Assembly (NCBI RefSeq): GCF_001194135.2
Contig: NC_068985.1
Coordinates: 78,370,970 to 78,434,969, forward strand
Source: Octopus bimaculoides
Lineage: Eukaryota
Direction of reading: 5' to 3'
DNA length: 64,000 nt
The notes below the pieces were generated by a model. That model was not told where the DNA came from and searched no databases. It was given only the letters and a program-made list of their open reading frames with translations. A program made the translations under genes and the position numbers. Shown one piece after another: positions 14,224-24,920 of this stretch; position 1 is the stretch's first letter, and each line of letters begins with the position of its first letter.

Positions 14224-15670
14224 ACATACACACATATACTCATGTATATATACACACACATGACAGAATTCTTCAGTTTCCTTAAAACCACATCCACACA
14301 GAGGGCTTTGGTCAGCCTGGGGCTATAGTAAAAGACACTTGCCCAAATTGCCATGCAGTGGGACTGAACCCAAAACCATAAGGCTGGAAAGCAATCTTCT
14401 GACCAGACAGCTATGCCTGCTGTAAATTTAAAAATTGATAAACTTACCACAACTCCATGTAACATCTCTGCTCGTAAGTTACCTCATCATTTCGTTTTTG
14501 TCTTGCTATTATATGTTTTATTATGAACTCCCTGAAGAGAAATATATGAGGAATCCCAGCAGCTCTTACTTCTTTGTGAAAGAGCTCTCATTTATTTTGA
14601 AACATGTGTAGGAATTAAAGGAACTTTTATTTATATGCGTTTTGCTCCATTTATTTTTATTATCCATANNNNNNNNNNNNNNNNNNNNNNNNNNNNNNNN
14701 NNNNNNNNNNNNNNNNNNNNNNNNNNNNNNNNNNNNNNNNNNNNNNNNNNNNNNNNNNNNNNNNNNNNNNNNNNNNNNNNNNNNNNNNNNNNNNNNNNNN
14801 NNNNNNNNNNNNNNNNNNNNNNNNNNNNNNNNNNNNNNNNNNNNNNNNNNNNNNNNNNNNNNNNNNNNNNNNNNNNNNNNNNNNNNNNNNNNNNNNNNNN
14901 NNNNNNNNNNNNNNNNNNNNNNNNNNNNNNNNNNNNNNNNNNNNNNNNNNNNNNNNNNNNNNNNNNNNNNNNNNNNNNNNNNNNNNNNNNNNNNNNNNNN
15001 NNNNNNNNNNNNNNNNNNNNNNNNNNNNNNNNNNNNNNNNNNNNNNNNNNNNNNNNNNNNNNNNNNNNNNNNNNNNNNGGAGCATACTGGCTTCATTCCT
15101 TGCGAGCTTACGTATGTCCTCAGCAGTTACAGCCCATGTTTCACTGCCATGTAGCATGGTTGTTCGTACGCATGCGTCATACAGTCTGCCTTTTACTCTG
15201 AGTGAGAGTCCCTTTGTCGCCAGCAGGGGTAAGAGCTCTCTAAACTTTGCCCAGGCTATTCTTATTCTAGCAGCTACACTTTCAGCGCACCCACCCCCAC
15301 TACTAACTTGGTCGCCCAGATAGCGGAAGCTATCGACTACCTCTAGTTTTTCACCCTGGAATGAGATAGAAGTTGTTTCCTGTTTGTTTGCAGTCTTTAT
15401 TGCACCTGAACATCTGCCACAAACAGTCACCTGGAGTAAAATAGGTTACTCAACAAATCCCTAAATACTCTTCTAAATTAAGGCCAGTGTCTTCTCTCTT
15501 CTTAGAAATTACAAGCAAAAATTGAGATTGGAACCATCATGGCACGCTAGGCTCCCACTTATAGCAACCTTTCAGCAAATATACTAGGAACAGCACTTTT
15601 CTTCACCCCATCTAAACACACCAGCATCGGTTGTCAAGCGATGTTGGGAGGACAAACACAGATACACAAC

Positions 15671-15711
<41 letters not shown>

Positions 15712-17055
15712 CGACAGGCTTCTTTCAGTTTCCGTCTGCCAAATCCACTCACATGGCTTCGGTCAGCTTGAGGCTGCAGTAGAAGGCACTTGCCCAAGGT
15801 GCCACAAAGTAGGACTGAACCCGGAACCATGTGGTTGGTAAGCAAGCTACTTAACACACAGCCACTATCATTATTATTATTATTATTTTTAAGCGGCAAG
15901 CTAGCAGAATTGTTAGCATGCCAGGCAAAATGCTTAGCGACATTTCACCTGTCTTCACGTTCTGAGTTCAAATTCCTCTGAGGTCGACTTTGCCTTTCAT
16001 CCTTTCGGGGTTGATAAATTAAGTACTAGTTAAACACTGGGGTTGATGTAATCGACTAGTCCCCACCCCATAAATTTCAGGCCTTATGTCTGTAGTAATT
16101 TATTATTATTATTATTATTATTATTTGAAATAGTTTGATTTAGCCCAGTGTATGTAACTCCTAAAGCAGCAAGCTAGCAGAAAAGTTAGTACTCCAGGCA
16201 AAACGCTTAGAGGCATTTCATGTCTTTGCGTTCTGAGTTCAAATTCTGCCAAGGTTGACTTTGCCTTTCATACTTTTGGGGTCAATAAAATAAGTACCAG
16301 TTGAGTTCTGGGATTGATGTAATCGACTTACCCCCCCTCCAGTACTTGACTGGTACTCTTTTTTATTGGCCCCAGAGGTAGTGAAAAACTACATTGACTG
16401 CACTGAGATTCAAAGAAAGGGATTGTACTCAAATCCTCTGTAGGCCTACACTTTCTGGTGGTTGGTTCTCAGTCAATTTTGAAGAAGTTGACAAATGATC
16501 AACGGCATTCCAGTTGACCAATGATCAACGGCATTCAACCATCCCATCTTATTTATATAAGACATCTGCTGTAAAGCAGTGAGCTGGCAGAATCATTACT
16601 GTGTCAAGCAAAATGCTTAATGGTATTTCTTCCTACTCTTTATGTTCTGAGTTCAAATCCTGCTGCAGTCAGCTCTGCCTTCCATCTCTCTAGGGTCAAT
16701 ATATGAAAGTACCTGTCAAGTACTGGGATCAATATAAATTTGTCCCCTCCACTCAAAATGGCTGACCTTTGCTAGATTCTATATAGCTCTACATTACTCA
16801 ATGTGTTATCTTCTACATTTTACTTGTTTCAGTCATTAGACTATGGCCATGTGGGGGCACTGCCTTGAAAAGTTTTTAGTTGAATGAATCAACCCCAGTA
16901 TTTATTCTTTTTACAAGCCTGGTACTTACTCAGTTGCTTTCTTTTGCTGAAACGCTAAGACACAGGGATGCAAACACACCAACACTAGTTGTCAAGTGAT
17001 GGCAGGGGACAAATACTGATACAAAGACACACGCACACCCACATACATACATACA

Positions 17056-17087
<32 letters not shown>

Positions 17088-18010
17088 GCCAACAAGCTTC
17101 TTTCGGTTTCCCTCTACCACAGGGGTTCTCAAAAGGAGTCTATATATGATTTTTGGGGATCCACACAACAAAATAGTAAAGTGTCTACAACAGTATTTTA
17201 AGGGCTCCTGAAAAAATTGGTATGTATCTCTAACATTTTACATAGTTCAATCTACACAAGTTAATGTGTGAAGAACAAAATAGGAATGTTGAAAGAAGTT
17301 TCTATAAAACTAGTTTTTAATTATCAAATGGCTATGGGAGTCCACCAGAATAAAATAATAATCAAAGAGGTCCATAGATAAAAAAATGGTTGAGAACCCT
17401 TGATCTACTAAATCCACAAGGCTTTGATCAGCCCAAGGTTATAGTAGAAGGCACTTGCCCAAGATGTCACACAGTGGGACTGAACCTAGAACCATGTGGT
17501 TGGAAAGAAAGCTTCTTACCACACAGCCATGAATGTGCCTGTTCTCTCTTTTTCAAAATGATAGAGTGTGATTTGAGGAGATTTTGTTACTAATTTTAGC
17601 TGGTCAACTGACACTGTTGTGGTTTCTTCATTGGCATGGTGAAATAGCAATGAGATTGTGAGGCGTTCATACACTCTTCAAAGATAATATCATTGTAACC
17701 CTAAATTAGAAATTGAAAACGGGTTCATGATACAAGTACTATCTTACTAACTCTCATTTTTTCTCTTCTTTTTTTTTTCTGCTTCCTAGCTGGCTTCTCG
17801 GTGCCAAGACCTCATTCCTCGTGCTGTTCTTTGTCTAGGTAAGGTGTACAGTCAACTGTGTACTCCTAATAACCTACCTAGAGATACACGTAATTCACTG
17901 TTGAGTACTGCACAGGAATTTATTAACTTATTCAGCTTTACAAAGTAAGTCACTAACCTTTTTTTCATCTGTCTATGTGTCTGTTTGCTACTCTGTCTAT
18001 ATCTCTATCT

Positions 18011-18045
<35 letters not shown>

Positions 18046-20530
18046 ATATATATATATATATTTGTCTCTTTTTACCCCTCACACTTTCTCTCTCTCTCTC
18101 TCTCTGTATTTGTCTATTTCTACCTACCTACCTGGCTGTCTGAGTCTCTACTTACCCATTTGTCTGAGCTTCTACCCACATGTCTGTCTGAGGAGCCTCT
18201 ATCTACCGGTCTGTCTGTGCTTCTGCATACACACCGCTTGGTTTGAGCTATCAATCTACTTATCTCTCTGAGTCTCTGCCTCTCTGGGTCTCAACCTACT
18301 TGTCTTATTGAGCCTCTATATACCTGCCTGTCTGAGCCCTCTGCTTACTTGTCTATCTGTGCTTCCACCTACCTCTCTATCTGTTTATTAATATCCACCA
18401 TTATTCCTTTCATTTTTACTTTCCTTCAGTGACACAGCTTTAAATATCATTAACCATATTTCCATTCTCATATATCTTTAGTTTTCTATGTACCCACACA
18501 CATACCTACCTACTTTCTCATGTTCCATCTTGATTCTCTCTCTCTCTCTCTCTCCTTTCCAGTACAACTGAGATCAACATACTAATATTTATCTATATAA
18601 TTTATCTCTCCTCCACAGTTTTGCCTCTGTGATATTGAACCCATCCTCTGAGATTCAAAATGGCAGGTAAGCTTTACTTTAGTCTTCATATTAAAACTAT
18701 CATACCTACATTGCACAAAAGTAAAGCTTAGTAAAGGCTAGGTTGCAGGCAAATATATCTTTTGCAAGGGTTTGGCTGGTGAGTCTAGAAATATACACAG
18801 CTCATCATGAACTAATCACATCTTTCTCCAACACCTCATTTTATTACTCTAGCCATTGACTTCCTAGCTGTACCTTTTTAGCCTAGTAACCCTTTTATTT
18901 CTGGGGTTCTTTTTTTGTCAAATGTATTTTTCCAGTGCTACCATAAACTTAACTGTGAAAGTGCTTGGCCCAATGGTTAGCATGTTGGACTCATGATTGT
19001 AAGACAGTGGTTTTAATCCCTGGACTGGACAGTGCATTGTATTCTTGAGCCAAAACACTTTATTTCATGTTGCTCCAGTTCATTCAGCTGGCAAAAATGA
19101 GTGATCCTAAGATGGAGTGGTCTCCTCTTCAGAGGAAATGTTATTATCTAGGTCGTTTATACACCATAGAAACCAAGCAACCAGCCCTATGAGTCTTAGG
19201 ACTTAAGACAGTAATTTTCATAACTTTAACCCTTTAGCATTCAAATCAGCCATATTCGGCCCAAATATTTTACCTGTGTTATGTTCAAGCCAGCCAGATC
19301 CAGCCTCTCACATCTACCCTACAACGTCATTCTAAAAATAAACAATCATGCCATTGAAATCTTGTAGCCTCGAGATAATGCATGATTAATTCAAAACAAT
19401 GTGAATAAATAGGCCTTACATTTGACAGAGCAACCTGAATGCCAAACTGTTAAAAAATATATATTTTCTTTTTGAACAACTTTGCTTAAAAGCTGAAGAT
19501 TCTCATTTCTGTACATTATATGAACTTAGCAAAATCATTAACAAAACACAGTCTTGTGTTCAGATTTCACTATAACCATTGCATTGCATTTCTGTGTTTC
19601 TAGTTAATTAGCACAAGTTTACCTAAATTAGCTTGCCTGAGTCACTTTAGACTAATGAGACTCAGCTTTTTTTTGACTGTTTGGTGCACTGGAGATATAA
19701 AAAATTTCTGATGCTTTTCACTTGGAATGTTATTAAAAAACTAGTTTGAAGTTTAATAATTTTGAAAAAATTCAAAGTTTCATTAATCAAACTTTATGTA
19801 TAGCAAAATTTGAATAGCATATGTTTCAAGATGCACAAGTATTATTAGTATGTTGTTATATTTTGGGATGGTCTTTTTTTTTTTTTTTTTTTTGCCAAAT
19901 AAGAACACACACTATTTGGCAAAAAAAAAAGACCATCCCTAAAGAGAACATTTGCTCACAGATAACATGCCATACATTTTTATCGTAACAGAGATTATTT
20001 TTAAAAACGCTGTTTAAAGTATAAGTATTATACCAAGTTTAAATAATTTATTTCTAAGAAAAATAATTACTCTTCTAAACACTCAGTATCTCTTTGATAT
20101 TCATTGACCCTTGAAAGCTCAGTATGCCTTTTCCTTTTCCTCCTCTGCAGAGGGATACTGGATTAACCATTTCATATTATAGATATTTTATTATGTTGGT
20201 ATTAAAAGGCTGCAAGCTGGTAGAATCATTACCACGCAGGGTTAAATGTTTAGTGGCATTTTGTCTGTCTTTACATTCTGAGTTCAAATACTGCCAAGGT
20301 CAACTTTGTCTTTCATCACTTCAGGGTCCATAAAAAAAGTACCATTTGAGCACTGGGATCAATGTAATCAAGTATTGCCCTCCCCTAAAATTTCAGGCAT
20401 TATGCCTGCAGCAAAAAGTATTATTTTCTGTATTAATTTTCCATTTTTCTCTCTCTCAGAATTTAAACCGTTTTTTTATTTTTTTTTTTTATTTTTTCTC
20501 CAGGTGTCATCAAGACAATATGTGCCTACC
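1055..20530 (+). CDS. AP5Z1: AP-5 complex subunit zeta-1 (SPG48), 3' portion; 9 exons; 5' exons lie upstream of the window, stop codon falls in the N gap
   Basis: Exons 1055-1138, 2027-2214, 8295-8381, 10133-10255, 11342-11471, 13641-13826, 17790-17944, 18619-18666 and 20504-20530 all have AG/GT borders and compatible phases. The spliced peptide ILAWNPP...ALEVFHRLLELPCLTALLE...VWSVGEF...LASRCQDLIPRAVLCLGK...RCHQDNMCLP is collinear with vertebrate AP5Z1 motifs as recalled (LAWN, LLDLPCLTA, VWAIGEY, LASRSQDLIPRA, HRD). Confidence 0.93.
1413..1818 (+). mobile_element. tRNA-derived SINE, family A, full length with TSD (other copies about 130-372 -, 8591-8985 +, 13921-14092 +, 14130-14420 -, 15612-15862 -, 16960-17535 -, 27370-27575 -)
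   Basis: Head GGAGTGGCTGTGTGGTAAG...GGTTCAGTCCCA, internal (TG)n; flanking repeat AATTGATGGCAAAAA at 1384 and 1823. Confidence 0.88.
2027..2214 (+). CDS. AP5Z1: AP5Z1 exon (VFHRLLELPCLTALLE...HGDTINR)
   Basis: ttccag|GTA...AG|gtaaat; 188 nt, phase 0-2; lies within ORF 1952..2218. Confidence 0.92.
2666..3011. mobile_element. hAT-type MITE
   Basis: TIRs CAGTGTTTCCCAAC / GTCGGAAATCACTG; 8-bp TSD CTCTAAC(C/T). Confidence 0.8.
3240..4010. repeat. Degenerate 26-28 bp minisatellite (GCCACATGGGAAGATACAGTGTGTATTT-like), interrupted by a MITE
   Basis: More than 15 recurrences of a CCACATGGGAA/CATAGGAAGG core. Confidence 0.7.
3727..3945 (+). mobile_element. Mariner-derived MITE (other copies 12389-12567 on -, 28681-28851 on +)
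   Basis: TIR GGTGTGCTGAAAAGTTCCTGG; retains the mariner C-terminus GLEKLKDHCSKCVNLRGECVE*. Confidence 0.8.
4091..5370 (+). mobile_element. Decayed Tc1/mariner transposon, DD37D (maT)-like
   Basis: TA-CAGGGTG left end. Frameshifted transposase MFGVNLRTVQRIW...IMVFGVITSDG...QQDFAPCH...WPPNSPDGNPLDYYVWG...NGDFIE*, with 37 residues between the second and third Asp. Confidence 0.85.
5486..6423. repeat. Identical 265-bp duplication flanking an N gap (5486-5750 = 6159-6423); probable assembly overlap
   Basis: Base-for-base identity on both sides of gap 5751-6158. Confidence 0.8.
6770..7885 (-). mobile_element. Penelope-like element fragment (RT C-terminal part plus GIY-YIG endonuclease), decayed
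   Basis: LLYSRYVDD motif (YVDD at 7817-7828); FMHRMQFSGY...WYK...VMFVEAT; VVYSIRC...ETSRS...LNDHL GIY-YIG motif near 7030; stops and frameshifts. Confidence 0.8.
7895..8125 (+). repeat. Inverted copy of the repeat at 5405-5640 (probable Penelope pseudo-LTR)
   Basis: About 230 bp, a diverged reverse complement of 5405-5640/6159-6300; abuts the 5' truncation point of the PLE. Confidence 0.7.
8295..8381 (+). CDS. AP5Z1: AP5Z1 exon (LDELYEVLHDMRDHPRVINCAEVLPKLL)
   Basis: ttatcag|A...AG|gtgagc; 87 nt, phase 2-2. Confidence 0.9.
9290..9592 (+). mobile_element. RTE 3'-end-derived fragment
   Basis: Same UTR motifs and CAACCCATGCCAGCAT...(GAT)n tail. Confidence 0.7.
10133..10255 (+). CDS. AP5Z1: AP5Z1 exon (VYFSVILEDSSEEF...LYDVPGYKRNVR)
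   Basis: ttacag|T...AA|gtaaga; 123 nt, phase 2-2. Confidence 0.9.
10300..11010. repeat. Degenerate purine-rich minisatellite (CTGGAGGCAGAGCTG...GAAA-like)
   Basis: Recurrent ACTGGAGG and AGAGCTG words about every 25 bp. Confidence 0.65.
11342..11471 (+). CDS. AP5Z1: AP5Z1 exon (LFADYIVKLLKLYP...DDRFFMHL)
   Basis: tttcag|A...CTG|gtataa; 130 nt, phase 2-0. Confidence 0.9.
11915..12233. repeat. Foldback element: 143-bp inverted arms with a 32-bp spacer
   Basis: Arms 11915-12057 and 12090-12233 differ by only about one substitution and one indel; a diverged single arm occurs at 14560-14668. Confidence 0.92.
12770..13000. repeat. Degenerate 20-bp minisatellite (TTGTTCATTAAAATACACC-like)
   Basis: About 11-12 units. 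Confidence 0.75.
13068..13525 (-). mobile_element. RTE 3'-end fragment with an expanded internal 22-24 bp tandem array
   Basis: Shares the ORF end, GGCATTAGGAAGGG...CAGCTGTAGAAAC and (GAT)n tail with the 22.3-kb LINE. Confidence 0.75.
13641..13826 (+). CDS. AP5Z1: AP5Z1 exon (VWSVGEFCSCSLDNNC...MSATAK)
   Basis: ggtcag|GTT...AAG|gtttgt; 186 nt, phase 0-0. Confidence 0.9.
15079..15430 (-). mobile_element. RTE-clade LINE RT C-terminal fragment
   Basis: LEVVDSFRYLG...RIRIAWAKFRELLPLL...LYDACVRTTMLHGSETW (ORF 14660..15430); runs into a gap. Confidence 0.85.
15892..16095 (+). mobile_element. SINE family B (other copies about 2330-2540, 16165-16340, 16580-16760, 20208-20420, 38665-38880 on +; 44560-44692, 49330-49512, 58085-58310, 58320-58500 on -)
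   Basis: GCTAGCAGAATTGTTAG...CTGAGTTCAAATT (B-box)...GTCGACTTTGCCTTTCATCC body. Confidence 0.85.
17120..17402. mobile_element. hAT-type MITE inserted inside a SINE
   Basis: TIRs CAGGGGTTCTCAA / TTGAGAACCCTTG; TSD CTCTACCA/ATCTACTA (6/8); the SINE continues on both sides. Confidence 0.75.
17790..17944 (+). CDS. AP5Z1: AP5Z1 exon (LASRCQDLIPRAVLCLGK...INLFSFT)
   Basis: Long pyrimidine tract, cctag|CTG...AA|gtaagt; 155 nt, phase 0-2. Confidence 0.92.
18619..18666 (+). CDS. AP5Z1: AP5Z1 exon (FASVILNPSSEIQNG)
   Basis: ccacag|T...AG|gtaagc; 48 nt, phase 2-2. Confidence 0.85.
20504..20530 (+). CDS. AP5Z1: AP5Z1 probable terminal coding exon, truncated by gap (RCHQDNMCLP...)
   Basis: Long T-rich tract then ctccag|G; phase 2; resembles the recalled vertebrate RYHRDANTALP; runs into Ns at 20531. 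Confidence 0.8.
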
Positions 20531-20570
20531 NNNNNNNNNNNNNNNNNNNNNNNNNNNNNNNNNNNNNNNN
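20531..20570. other. Assembly gap inside the last AP5Z1 coding exon (other gaps: 5751-6158, 14669-15078, 36986-37371, 41874-42148, 51970-52759, 53599-54018, 55586-55595)
   Basis: Runs of N. Confidence 0.99.
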
Positions 20571-22299
20571 ATATATATATATATATAGGGGAATGTGTGT
20601 ATAATGACATTGGCCAGTTTTCATTGAATTTCATTCATCTTCTCCTCTAGGCCAGTTTTAGTGGTCTCTCCTTCTCCTTCATCTATCATTTCTCACTTCC
20701 AAATATGTGATCCTTATTTACCCATTATACAGTATTCATGCTCTCTTTTCCTCTACAGTATTTTGATGACACCATCTCTGTTTTATTTCTTACAGTTTCT
20801 GCTTGTGGACTTACAGTTTCTTACCCACATTTTTTTCTTTTTTACTTGTGGTATTGTATTTCCCACATCTTTAACTTGTGATATTGTATTTCTCACATCT
20901 TCCATTTGTGACGGTGTGTTTTCTATGAATGCCCATGACATTCTGTGTTTCCGACAAGTTTCTCTTATGGTCATGTCTGTATGCAATCTACCTCCCTTAA
21001 ATTCCATGACATAAAACACCGTTTTACATCTTTATTCATTCCCCTTCCCGTGACTTTACCTCCTCCCACCATGCCTCACACTAGATGAACCACAACAATA
21101 AAAAATAGGTGCAAGCAAGGCTATGAGGGTAAGAAGTTTGCTTTCCATCTATGTAGCTTAAGGTTCAGTTCCACTGTGCAGCAGTGGAAGTCTTTGTACC
21201 CCTCATATATACATATATATATTTATTATTCTTAAACAAGATTGTTGTTGACAGACTTTGAAGTTTCAACCAGCTATGCCATTGTAGGCAGGTCAAAACT
21301 TGAAAGTTACTGTCAACAACATTCTTGTTTAAAAATAATAAATTTGTTCTCTAGAGACATATAAAGTAACCCACCAGATTAATGTAAAATTGTATTTATT
21401 TTGATTGAACATAAAGACAAACATTTATTTATATATATACATATATATATATATATATGAACTCCTCATGGAAGAAAAGCTTCATAATGACAACCTAGTT
21501 TCCTTGACATTTTATTTATTTATTTATTTTTTTTTGCCACAGTTCTTGTCAACCATAATGACAGCTTGTGTCATGTATCAGTCATTTAAGCAGCACATCA
21601 ACAAAAGGAGGGCAACAAACTGTTAATGAACATTGATTTGTGTGTGTGTGTGTGTGTGTGCTTTTGTGTCTGTGTTTGTTCCCCCATCACCACTTGACAA
21701 CCAGCATTGGTGTGTTTACGTCTCTGTAACTTAGCAGTTCAGCAAAAGAGACCAATAGAATAAGTACCAGGCTTACAAAGAATGTCTTGGGGTCAATTTC
21801 TTCAACTACAAAAGCCCTTTAAGGCAGTGCTCCAAGTAAAAGAATAAAAGAATACATACACAAGCACACTAGCATACCTACATAGTTCTTATATATAGAT
21901 AACCATAAGCAATTCAGCTGTAAAAAGTATTAAAGAACTAGAAAAATTTTATGGAAATTGCCAAACAAATACTCTTACTTCTCATATACTTTCTCCAAAA
22001 GGTTGCCCAATATTTACACATTAATCTGATTACTAATCCTGTAATTATTTCATTCTGTGTTTTATGACAAGTGCTGCTACCTTGGTGGTGGGTGACGTAC
22101 TATCAGTAGTAGTGCTGTCCCTTTAATGATAAGTGTCTTGCTGTCCACTTGATGGTGATAGTATTTCTTTCTTCACCTTCTTCATAGTGTAACTGTTAGA
22201 TTTGGCATGCTACTCCATTAGTGATGATAGAGATGGTCCCTTCTTGGTGATAATGATGCTGGAGATAAATTTAATTATATTTCTGTATCATCATCATCA

Positions 22300-23330
22300 T
22301 CATCATCATCATCGTTTAACGTCTGTTTTCCATGCTGGCATGGGTTGGGTGGTTTGACTGAGATCTGGAGAGCCAGCGGCTGCACCAGGCTCCAATCCGA
22401 TCTGGCAATGTTTCTACAGCTGAAGCTCTCCAAGAGTGTAGTGGGTACTTTTTACATGCCACCGGCACAGGAGCCAATCTGGGAATACTGACATCAGCCA
22501 CATTCGGTTGGTGTTTTTTACATGCCATCAGCACCGGAGCCACTCAGGCAGACCTGGCATTGACCACATTCGGATGGTGCTTTTTACGTGCCACTGGCAA
22601 GAGAGCCAGTCTGAGGGAACTGGCCACAACTACGATACTGGTTTTACTTGACTCAACAGGTCTTCTCAAGCATATCATATCACCCAATGCATCAGGGGTA
22701 TTCTTAACAGGGCCTGACATGCATGACTGCAATCTTACTTTAGTTGCCGAGTCTTCTCAATCACAGCATATCTCCAAAGGTCTCAGTCTCCTGTCATTGC
22801 TTCTGTGAGGCCCAATGTTCAAAGGTCATGCATCACCACCTCATCCCATGTCTTCCTGGGTTTACCTCTTCTACAGTTAGGAAATGCACTTCCTCATACA
22901 GCTGTCTTCATTCATGCATAACACATGACCATACCAGCGCAGTCGCCTCTCTTGCACACCACATTTGATGCTTCTTATACCCAACTTTTCTCTCAGGGCA
23001 CTTACACTCTGTTGTGTATGCACACTGACATTACACATTCAGCGGATCATACTACTTTCATTTCTTTCAAGCTTACGTATGTCCTCAGCATTCATAGCCC
23101 ATGTTTCACTGCCATGCAAGCGTGGCAGTTCGCACACATGCATCATACAGTCTACCTTTCACCTTGATCGAGAGGCCTTTAGTTGCCAGCAGAGGTAGGA
23201 GCTCCCTGAACTTTACCCAGGTTATTCTTACTCTAGTCGCTACACTCTCAGAGCAACCACCCCCACTACAGACTTGGTCGCCTAGGTAGTGGAAGCTATT
23301 AACTACTTCTAGTTTCTCCCCCTAACATGT
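22300..23330 (-). mobile_element. 5'-truncated RTE-clade LINE, same family as 15.1 kb, with 3' UTR and (GAT)n tail
   Basis: Homologous to 15079-15430; ORF end near 22740, then a repeat-bearing UTR ending ...GGAAAACAGACGTTAAAC(GAT)n. Confidence 0.85.
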
Positions 23331-23520
23331 GATGGAGTCTGTGTGTTGTTTAATTATATTTCTGTTTGTTATTTTAGTTGTTGTTTTCTTCCTATATTTA
23401 TTTCCTGATTCTTTGTAAGAATAGACATTATGTTGTAATGACTGACATAAATACTGTTAAATCCTTCAGTATGAGCATTCAGTTGATTCATCTACTCAAC
23501 TGAGTTGTTCAGACAACTGG

Positions 23521-23928
23521 TTAACCCTTTAGCATTCAGGTTTCTCTATCAAATGTAATGCATAATTATTTACATTGTTTTAAATTATCGTATTTTAACT
23601 TGTATAAGGAATCCTTTTTTATCAAAAATTAAGTTAAAAAAATATGGGAGTTTCTTATACAAGGATAGTATTATAATCCCTTACAAACCTTTTTTCAAAA
23701 TTTTAAGCCCCCAAAATTAGGGGGTTCCTTATAAACAAGGGTTTCATATACACATTAAAATATGGTAATTGTGCATTACTTTGTAGCTTTGAGATTTTGA
23801 TGATGCAATTGTCTATTTTCCAAATGACAATGTAGGGGAGGTGTGAGTGGCCAGATCTGGCTGCTTTGAACATAAAACCTGTAGAATATTTGGCCCAGAT
23901 GTGGCCAGTTTAAACACTAAAAGGTTAA
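23521..23928 (+). mobile_element. piggyBac-type MITE (TTAA-CCCT ends) with an internal insertion at about 23590-23765; other copies 526-750, 19226-19453, 31335-31562, 31962-32190
   Basis: TTAA|CCCTTTAGCA...TAAAAGG|TTAA ends; about 230-bp body shared across five copies. Confidence 0.75.
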
Positions 23929-24290
23929 ACTAACATGAAGTGGCTGAGTATTCCACAGACATATGTACTCTTAATGTAAATTCCCCTAGCCAAATCAGGA
24001 TTACTCAATATGTATAAGATAACTGGACCTTTGAATTATAGGTACAGTCCATCCAGTGGGCTTCTATACAGTTTCCATCTACTTGGCTTCACTCACAAAC
24101 CCTGCATTGATCCAAAGCTATGGTAAAAAAACACTTGTCCAAGATACCATACAGTGAATTCAAACCTGCAACGTCATGGTTGCAAAGCAAACTTTTTTAC
24201 CACTAAGCTATAACTGCTTTCATGAAGTAAATGGTAGTGACAGATTGAGTTGTTAACAGTATTTAGTCTTTATTCCTTGTTCATCTAGCT

Positions 24291-24553
24291 CAGTGTTTCT
24301 CAAAGTGTACTGTACTGCCCCTGGAGGGAAGTGGAAGGATCAGTAGGGTTATGGTGGGGTAACCAAAATGAAGCAATGGATGTGAAATCAACAAAAAATA
24401 ATGGGTTAATTAGGTTAAGTTTTATTAGTGAAATACAGTTGTTTTGATTTTGTTTCAGAAAGTGGTCTATGTTTGATAGTGGTGGGATGGGAGGGAAGAA
24501 ATGCAACCGGGGTGCCAAGGGGGTAGCATCCCAAAAGTGTCTCGGGACCACTG
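24291..24553. mobile_element. hAT-type MITE
   Basis: TIRs CAGTGTTTCTCAAA / CTCGGGACCACTG; TSD 6/8 match. Confidence 0.6.
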
Positions 24554-24920
24554 CTCTTGCTTGTAATTGCTATAAAGTTTACTTCTCATAATTACTATAT
24601 TACATTAAGGTTTTTATGAGTGGGTTTGGTAGATGGAAACTGAAAGATCCCTTTCACATGTGTGTGTAAGAGTGTTCGGTTTGTATCTCCTCTTGACATC
24701 ATGTAAGCAAGCACTACTATCTTACAAGCTGTGCCATCCATTTCCAATCTTCAGTGAAAACATATCCGACCAGGGGCTAATATTACCTTGCTTGGAAACA
24801 AACGTGTGTTGACAACTGAAGGGCATCTGGCCATAGAAAAATCTGCCTCAACAAGTTCCATCTGGCTCCTGCAAGCACGGAAAAGTGAACATTAATCCAA
24901 TTATGATGTTGTTGAATTAT

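Noticed and set aside
16492-16543. 26-bp tandem duplication, and a similar 39-bp doublet at about 62845-62920
   Set aside because: Simple local duplications with no further structure.
17975-18390. Leu/Ser/Cys-rich ORFs over a pyrimidine-rich degenerate repeat
   Set aside because: Low-complexity intronic repeat between two well-supported AP5Z1 exons.
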